From IMG/VR virus record IMGVR_UViG_3300021960_000065, positions 2,565 through 66,564 of that record: a stretch of DNA of 64,000 nucleotides. The stretch is one strand, 5' to 3'. Below are positions 58,468-64,000 of this stretch, in pieces (position 1 is the stretch's first letter; every line of letters starts with the position of its first letter). Position numbers and translations under genes: made by a program. The stretch comes from a virus (Duplodnaviria; Caudoviricetes). The notes under the pieces were generated by a model. It had not been told where the DNA came from, did not search any database, and worked only from the letters and a program-made list of their open reading frames with translations.

Positions 58468-59069
58468 TATATCCCCTCCCTTAGCACAAACGGTGGATGG
58501 CGTTTCATACCTAAAGACATATAGCGTTTGAACCAATCGGAGTCTTTCAATTGATTTTGTAGGCGTTGATCGTAATTTGCGACCATTGAAAGGTGTCGTC
58601 GCCTCATCATATCGGGATCTTCATCGCCTGTGTAAAGTGAATCAACATCGGGATATTTTTCGTTCCCTGTGAAAATCACCCTAAGCATTTCGGGCGGTAT
58701 CGCTTCGGTCACAGAAAAATCGTGATATGTTGGATTGAAATTAAATCCTTCTAAACCTTCTGCTTCATCTGCGATTTCAATTACAACAGGGCTTGAATCG
58801 GGTGTCTGTGAGCCAATGTCCATGTGTGGTTCAAGGTTTCCTATGGCGTAGGCTAAGGCTCTCAATGGCTCTTGAGCCATGAATGCTCGGCTTTCGCCTT
58901 CATAGGGTGTTTCATCCTCTTCCATGTATTCAAAGTCATCCGCGTAATTGCCCTCATCGTGAGCGTGTGGGTTAAGGCCGTGTTGTAGGATTGAAGAGAG
59001 GTTTTTTGACGAAGTGCCGTGATAATACGGCATTTTCAACAAAGCCCAAGCGGTATCAAAGGCGGTCAT
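58464..59069 (-). CDS. Tagged ADP-ribosyltransferase-like protein (Tpt1/KptA-type)
   Basis: AFDTAWALLK|MP; YYHGTSSKNLSSILQHGL, ALAYA, PVVIEI, AIPPE. Confidence 0.75.
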   Translation of the reverse strand: MTAFDTAWALLKMPYYHGTSSKNLSSILQHGLNPHAHDEGNYADDFEYMEEDETPYEGESRAFMAQEPLRALAYAIGNLEPHMDIGSQTPDSSPVVIEIADEAEGLEGFNFNPTYHDFSVTEAIPPEMLRVIFTGNEKYPDVDSLYTGDEDPDMMRRRHLSMVANYDQRLQNQLKDSDWFKRYMSLGMKRHPPFVLREGIY

Positions 59070-59587
59070 GGCACGAAATCCCCCTTATCCTCTTCATCGG
59101 GCCATTCCATGCCAATAGCACGAGCAAAATCGGCTACACTTGGCGATTGTTGATGAGTCCTACGCATAAATTGGCCTTTTCCGCTTTCCATTGGGACATA
59201 ACGACCTCCTGCGTTGAAGATTTCTTCTATCATGTCCTCAAGCCATTTTTCATCCGAAGGCTTAACGCTTCTATGCCTTGACAAAGGCGAACCCACAATT
59301 GCGTTCACTAAAGAGGCTCTTTCCAATTCTCCGAAAACTTCCTCAATGCCAACATCTGTCCCATCTCCCCGTGAAAACCCCCCTCTTGCGATCCACTCTC
59401 CATCTCGCCCATCCCGCATGGCTTCTGCAAAGTCCCCTGTGCGATAATCGGGAAGATATTCACGATGAGGCGCAATTTTTGACCCAACAACCGCTAATTC
59501 AGCATTGGGTGAAAACCAAGAAGGGCGTTTTTGAGGCAGGTTGAAATCCACTTTCAACAAATCCCAAGCGGTGTCAAAGGCGGTCAT
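59066..59587 (-). CDS. Tagged hypothetical protein
   Basis: AFDTAWDLLK|V. Confidence 0.65.
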   Translation of the reverse strand: MTAFDTAWDLLKVDFNLPQKRPSWFSPNAELAVVGSKIAPHREYLPDYRTGDFAEAMRDGRDGEWIARGGFSRGDGTDVGIEEVFGELERASLVNAIVGSPLSRHRSVKPSDEKWLEDMIEEIFNAGGRYVPMESGKGQFMRRTHQQSPSVADFARAIGMEWPDEEDKGDFVP

Positions 59588-60297
59588 GGACTATCCCTCA
59601 CTCTTTCAGCCATCCATTCCTTGATTTTGCGCTGACTGTTGCCATACATCGGCAACACATCCTCCGGGTCAATCGCTCTTGGTGTTATCAATTCGTGCAT
59701 CATTTCGGGAACATCGGCAGGTATTTCAAAGGGTATTTCGGTCATATCAGGTGCGTCAATAGCGAACATTTGGGTATAAGGATCGCGTGTGGGAATGAAT
59801 TGCTCTCCCCCAATAACCCCCCTGTCCCATTGTGCCAAAGGCATATTGAATGCTTCGTATTTTCTTTGGATGTTTTCCTTCAATTCATCCATAAATTGTT
59901 GGTCGTATGGTGTGTCAAAATCAACATTGGCTTCTTCTAAGGCTTGATAAAAATTGCCCATAGCATCCGCTGCAAGCATATTCCCTGCAATCGTTTCATC
60001 ACGGTAAGGTTGGGTGTCAATGATGTAATGCTCTTTGCCGCCCTGAACCCGATTGCGAAATTGATTTAGCAATTGACTCACTGACAATTTGCTATTGGAC
60101 TCAGCACCGATTGGGATTGAAAAAACACCGTGTGGCCTGTTTAGGATTTCGTTGTGCGGAAGGGTGCTTATTGCGGCGTGGTTGTGATTGCCACCCATGC
60201 TTGGATCTATCGGTTCACCAATTGGCACATGACCCCCGTGATATGCGAAACGAGGGACATTTTTCACAATATCCCATGCGGTGTCAAAGGCGGTCAT
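59584..60297 (-). CDS. Tagged protein, possibly ART-like
   Basis: AFDTAWDIVK|N; AYHGG, GVFS, YIID, ELITPRAIDPE. Confidence 0.5.
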   Translation of the reverse strand: MTAFDTAWDIVKNVPRFAYHGGHVPIGEPIDPSMGGNHNHAAISTLPHNEILNRPHGVFSIPIGAESNSKLSVSQLLNQFRNRVQGGKEHYIIDTQPYRDETIAGNMLAADAMGNFYQALEEANVDFDTPYDQQFMDELKENIQRKYEAFNMPLAQWDRGVIGGEQFIPTRDPYTQMFAIDAPDMTEIPFEIPADVPEMMHELITPRAIDPEDVLPMYGNSQRKIKEWMAERVRDSP

Positions 60298-60836
60298 AGG
60301 TCATCCCTCACAAGCCAAGAAGAAGGCCCATATTTCTTCGTTTTGCTTCTCCACAAATTCTTAGCGTCTTGTGTTTGAAAGTCGGAAGGTTCAAGGGTTT
60401 CACCACGCCGATCCAAAATAGAAGCCACCATATCATAAATTGCGGTCATATATCCCCTTCTTCGGTAATCCGAGTCTGTTCCAACCATTGTCGGCTCAAA
60501 AAAGGATTCATTGGTTGGTTTCCGAAAAGCGGCATCTGCCCGATTGTATTTAAGCGGGCGGTTTTCTTCTAAAATCAAGGCGTTTATCTGTTCATTGTCT
60601 TGTCGCCCCCGATCCACAGGTTGAACAATCGCTTCCATAGGCAAACGCTCTCCCGTTTTTGGATCGTCAAAAAGTGCTGAATAATGCGTAAAATCAAATA
60701 AATTTTCAAGAGGAATAGCATTATGTTTAGCCCATTGTTTGTAGCGTTGTTGCCATTCATCCCCTTCACTTTCAATAAGAGAATGGGGAACAATGGGCAT
60801 TTTCACCAAATCCCAAGCGGATTCAAATGCGGTCAT
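60294..60836 (-). CDS. Tagged GNAT acetyltransferase
   Basis: AFESAWDLVK|MP; YRRRGYMTAIY; paralog of 53663..54220. Confidence 0.75.
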   Translation of the reverse strand: MTAFESAWDLVKMPIVPHSLIESEGDEWQQRYKQWAKHNAIPLENLFDFTHYSALFDDPKTGERLPMEAIVQPVDRGRQDNEQINALILEENRPLKYNRADAAFRKPTNESFFEPTMVGTDSDYRRRGYMTAIYDMVASILDRRGETLEPSDFQTQDAKNLWRSKTKKYGPSSWLVRDDL

Positions 60837-61348
60837 GGATTCGGCCTCCCCACCCTGTCGTCACCTGCGTGCTTCTCACGCAACCTCCGCATGAAACCCA
60901 AACCCTGTTCACTCATCATATGAGGTGGCGGTTGATACATTCGCCTGTTTTGATTTTCAGCCAAACGCAAAATCAATTGAATCAAGGCTTCTTGATACCC
61001 GCGCCCCTCATAGCCGGGTTCGGTTTTGATTGAATAGGGATAAATGCCTCTTGGGTCGTCAATGTTGTCACGGTCAATGGAGAGTGAGGTGGGGTGGATA
61101 TAATGTTCAGCCCTCCACATACGATGGCCCATATCATTGGGTTCGTTGTCCGAAATGTGAGCCACACCCAAACCATCAGGACTTAAACGAGCAACAGCAG
61201 GTAAGCGTTCATTTGTTTCGGGGTCTATGAAATCGCCTTCAAATTGATGAAAGGGGAATTGCCCCTGCATGACTGTCCCGACATCACGAATTGAATCCAT
61301 GTCAAGAGGTGCTTTCAACAAAGCCCACGCTTGCCCAAACGCCCCCAT
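60833..61348 (-). CDS. Tagged GNAT acetyltransferase (probable start MGAFGQAW)
   Basis: AFGQAWALLK|A; YEGRGYQEAL. Confidence 0.7.
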   Translation of the reverse strand: MGAFGQAWALLKAPLDMDSIRDVGTVMQGQFPFHQFEGDFIDPETNERLPAVARLSPDGLGVAHISDNEPNDMGHRMWRAEHYIHPTSLSIDRDNIDDPRGIYPYSIKTEPGYEGRGYQEALIQLILRLAENQNRRMYQPPPHMMSEQGLGFMRRLREKHAGDDRVGRPNP

Positions 61349-61387
61349 GCTGTGCGTCAAGGCACATCATGTCAAAAATGTAGCGGA

Positions 61388-62212
61388 TTAGAACAGAACG
61401 CTCGCCTTTTGTTTCTTCTCCCATGACTCCCACGCCGTGATGTCCTCGTCATCAATGGGATTTCCCAATTCTTCAAGCCAATGGTTGTTGAAGCATTTTC
61501 GGCACGAACCACACGAACCCGAAATGTCACCCGTGTTTGTTCGGTTGAGGTTCAATGGACACAAGAAACGAAGGAAATTTTTCTCGTAAATGGGGTCTGT
61601 GAGGTAATAATTATCAAAGAAAAAGAGTGACACTCCGTGATTTTGCGTCAAATCAACAATGTCAGGCTTCTCGCCTTTTTTGCACTGATAGGAAAAGAAA
61701 ATTGGCCGTTGCACCTGAGCCAACGCTTCATCACGCCTCTCCAACGAATGAGCATCAAGACTGAAATGCAAATGGACATTGGGGTGATCCTCAACGAGTG
61801 CGGCCATATCCGCCTTTCGTGTCACGACCCAAAGCACAACATTGGGGTGATTTCGCCCAATGTAATTCACCGCATCAACGGATTCTTCAAATAAATCCCC
61901 GCCACCGTTCCAACGAAGGTAGTCAAGGCCTTGTTTGTGATATTCCTTGACAATATCCTCAGCAAATTGGGATGGACTCTCACGGCAATAATTCATCAGC
62001 CACAATTGTTTGCGGAGGCTGTTATTCCAAGCCGTTCCGCCCGTAGCATAATAGCAGGTTTCAATGCACACCTTTGATGGTCGGCAGGTGTTCGCAATAG
62101 GGAAATTGACAGAAAACCCCGTCACCTTGTTGCCTGATAGCAAAGAGGATGGTCGCTTGTCCGACTCAACCAATTCATTCGTTTTCTTGATGACTTTGGA
62201 CACCCGCTTCAT
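61388..62212 (-). CDS. Gp88-like Cys-cluster protein, untagged
   Basis: TCRPSKVCIETCYYA, LRWNGGGDL, WVVTRK, FSLD, CP...CGSCRKCF. Confidence 0.7.
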   Translation of the reverse strand: MKRVSKVIKKTNELVESDKRPSSLLSGNKVTGFSVNFPIANTCRPSKVCIETCYYATGGTAWNNSLRKQLWLMNYCRESPSQFAEDIVKEYHKQGLDYLRWNGGGDLFEESVDAVNYIGRNHPNVVLWVVTRKADMAALVEDHPNVHLHFSLDAHSLERRDEALAQVQRPIFFSYQCKKGEKPDIVDLTQNHGVSLFFFDNYYLTDPIYEKNFLRFLCPLNLNRTNTGDISGSCGSCRKCFNNHWLEELGNPIDDEDITAWESWEKKQKASVLF

Positions 62213-62222
62213 GTGTTATCCC

Positions 62223-62236
62223 TGTCAGTCCTAACA
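62223..62236. promoter_or_regulatory. Palindromic operator-like site TGTCAG-TC-CTAACA
   Basis: Between a T-rich TATA-like element and ATG 62212; flanked by CC/GG. Confidence 0.45.
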
Positions 62237-62253
62237 GGATGATCCATAAAAGG

Positions 62254-62979
62254 TTAGCGGGATTTTACAACATCCCATGCCGAAGTGAATGCGTCATCGC
62301 TTTTCCATTCGTCACTAAAACCTCGTGGGAAACCGTATTCCTTTCCTTCCCTTTCAGGGGGCGGGACAAGTGATGGTGGTCGCCCCCTTCTTTGAAGTTG
62401 CCTATTCAAAGCCCCTTCCATTTGTGCTGTGATATTGGTGCGTTGTTCGGTGTCGCCTCGGAACGACCTGCGAGCCGCCTCTTCCACCAATTGTCCGTGA
62501 AGTGGATCGTATTCGCCCGTTCCCATGTTTTGTTGAAATTCACTAATGCGAGCCGCCAATTCTTCATCGCTCATGTCAGCCAATGGATTGGGAGGGCGGG
62601 GTGGCATTGGCATCTGTGGTGAAGGGAATGGCTCAAATTCCCCCTCATCCTCTTCCTCAACGATGGGCTTGCCATCGCTATCCAAAGCCCCGTCAATCAA
62701 CATATCCGACACGCACTGCACGCAATACGCACCGCCATTAAATTCGGGGTGATTCTCAATGGGATGTGGACTGTCAATTTCTCCACGATAGCCGGGAGTG
62801 TCATACCCGCCCTGCTCTCCCATGCACGATTCGCACACATCCTGACCGCACTGTTCACAGCCGTATTGTTTGCCATCGGGTATTGGCTCATTACAATACG
62901 AGCATTCAGGGTCGTCGTCATATTTGAGGATTTTACCTTTCATGGCACTATCCCAAGCGATGCGAAATGCCGTAGGCAT
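62254..62979 (-). CDS. Zinc-finger protein with the tag at both ends
   Basis: AFRIAWDSAMK|G ... CSYC, CEQC, CESC, CVQC ... AFTSAWDVVK|SR. Confidence 0.7.
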   Translation of the reverse strand: MPTAFRIAWDSAMKGKILKYDDDPECSYCNEPIPDGKQYGCEQCGQDVCESCMGEQGGYDTPGYRGEIDSPHPIENHPEFNGGAYCVQCVSDMLIDGALDSDGKPIVEEEDEGEFEPFPSPQMPMPPRPPNPLADMSDEELAARISEFQQNMGTGEYDPLHGQLVEEAARRSFRGDTEQRTNITAQMEGALNRQLQRRGRPPSLVPPPEREGKEYGFPRGFSDEWKSDDAFTSAWDVVKSR

Positions 62980-63120
62980 GGTGTGTGGGAGAACATTCTC
63001 CTAAAAAAAAATTTGGCGGAAATTTTGCGATGAACGACTGAGAAGTGTTAGGGATGTGAGGACTGACAAAAAAAATCCTCAAATTTTTTCCGTGTAGCAT
63101 ATGTGGTTAGGGAGGCACGC

Positions 63121-63182
63121 CCAAAAAAAAAAAAAATATGCTCATCGGCAAGCCGATGGCATTGTTTTTTTCTTTTTTTTGG
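63121..63182. repeat. Inverted repeat: A-tract, CATCGGC-AA-GCCGATG, T-tract
   Basis: Perfect 7-bp stem at 63143-63158, extended imperfectly by A14 and a T-rich arm. Confidence 0.7.
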
Positions 63183-63359
63183 CTCGCAGTGGCCCGCCCA
63201 CCCGTCAGGGTGGGCGAGGCGGGGGTGGCTCGGCCCGGCTGAGTGGGGTCGGGTGGCTCGCAGTGAGCCGATTGGGTGGGGGTCGGTGGGTGGTTGGTGG
63301 TGGCTCGCCCACCCCCTCGCCCGCCCTAATCAACGCACTGCGAGCCTGTCGCCCGCCCA

Positions 63360-63578
63360 TCACCGCACTAAATGGCTCGCCCGCCCCTCCCGGTTGCTCA
63401 TCGGTGGGCGAATCGGGGCGTTTGGGGGCGGTTTGTGAGCCGTTCTCGCCCCTCGCCCACCCATCACCGCACTAATCGCCCGCCTCGCCCATCCTGCCCC
63501 CTCTAACGCATCAAAATCGGTGGGTCGGTCAATCACCGCACTAATGTGGCCTCGCCCGCCCCCTCGTCACCGCACTAA
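63360..63578 (+). repeat. Four direct repeats of TCACCGCACTAA (iteron-like)
   Basis: Exact copies at 63360, 63464, 63533 and 63567; variant at 63330. Confidence 0.8.
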
Positions 63579-63731
63579 ATTCTCAGCAAAATCGCACCGT
63601 GAACGAGCCACCGCGCAGGTGTATCGGTGGTGGCATTTTCGGTTGCTGACCCGCCAAAACCCGCAGGGGATCCGAACCGCCCCATGACCCATGCAACATG
63701 GGCATGGCCCATGCGTTCATGTCATGTTCAT

Positions 63732-63883
63732 GTGATGAGGTTTCATCACTTTCATCATGTATCACCACCAATCAATCCCCTATTTTCCCCCTTTCCCCCA
63801 TGTGTATTTAGTGAAGTGATGAGTGATGAAAGTGATGAAAGTGATGAGGGTTCGGAGGGGTGGATTTGGGGGTGTCCGAACCC
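63732..63883. repeat. GTGATGA repeats and inverted repeats
   Basis: 17-bp perfect IR at 63741-63757/63824-63840; GGGTTCGGA/TCCGAACCC at 63848/63875. Confidence 0.75.
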
Positions 63884-64000
63884 CCTGAAATCCGCCCAAA
63901 AGCACCCCCTCCAAAACGCCCCACAGCCCACCGATTTACCGCATAGGGTTCATATAGACCGCAGGGACTCGGTGAGGCACAGCGGAGATGAAAACCATGC

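Noticed and set aside
52431-61348. Integron cassette array or diversity-generating retroelement
   Set aside because: The repeats are coding leaders with synonymous variation, not palindromic attC sites; no integrase, reverse transcriptase or TR/VR pair is in the window.
52431-62979. Tag as a Sec/Tat/pilin signal peptide
   Set aside because: No long hydrophobic core or twin arginine; it contains acidic residues and also occurs internally and at C-termini.
63330-63578. CRISPR or mini-array
   Set aside because: Repeats are only 12 bp, spacing is irregular (104, 69, 34), spacers are low-complexity, and no cas genes are present.
63101-63771. ORFs 63101..63475, 63103..63438 and 63583..63771
   Set aside because: They are translations of homopolymer and GC-rich repeats with no protein-like features.
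1-64000. tRNA/rRNA genes, integrase or host flanks
   Set aside because: None recognised by eye and intergenic gaps are very short; tRNAscan-SE would be needed to exclude tRNAs formally.

Overview
This window is about 63 kb of a large tailed archaeal dsDNA virus (Caudoviricetes). It most resembles the magroviruses of Marine Group II Euryarchaeota (Poseidoniales); that assignment is inferred from the group II chaperonin, GGTGA-type RBSs, TATA-like promoters and the head-gene architecture. Nearly all real genes are on the minus strand. In transcription order (right to left): (1) a non-coding, repeat-rich region at 63.0-64.0 kb; (2) at 45-63 kb, an array of translationally coupled genes encoding ADP-ribosyltransferase-like, GNAT, HExxH, ParB-like and Dam-like domains, interrupted by a thermosome, an HMG-CoA lyase and two Gp88-like Cys proteins; (3) at 41.3-44.9 kb, a membrane module with an Arf/Sar1-like small GTPase and an RHH regulator; (4) the putative small terminase, low-complexity head proteins, TerL, a degenerate LAGLIDADG protein, portal, a ligase-like head protein, prohead protease/scaffold and major capsid protein; (5) adaptor, tail terminator, tail tube, a -1 frameshifted tail chaperone, tape measure and LamG tail-tip proteins. 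The main candidate for a new system is a ~12-aa tag, [AP]F[DE]x[AG]WxΦΦK, present about 20 times on unrelated enzymes and head proteins. It ends in the same ΦΦK motif found in the capsid and protease leaders. This suggests a capsid-targeting and protease-cleavage signal for a swappable set of virion-delivered effectors, analogous to the T4 CTS. All assignments come from reading motifs by eye; no searches were run.
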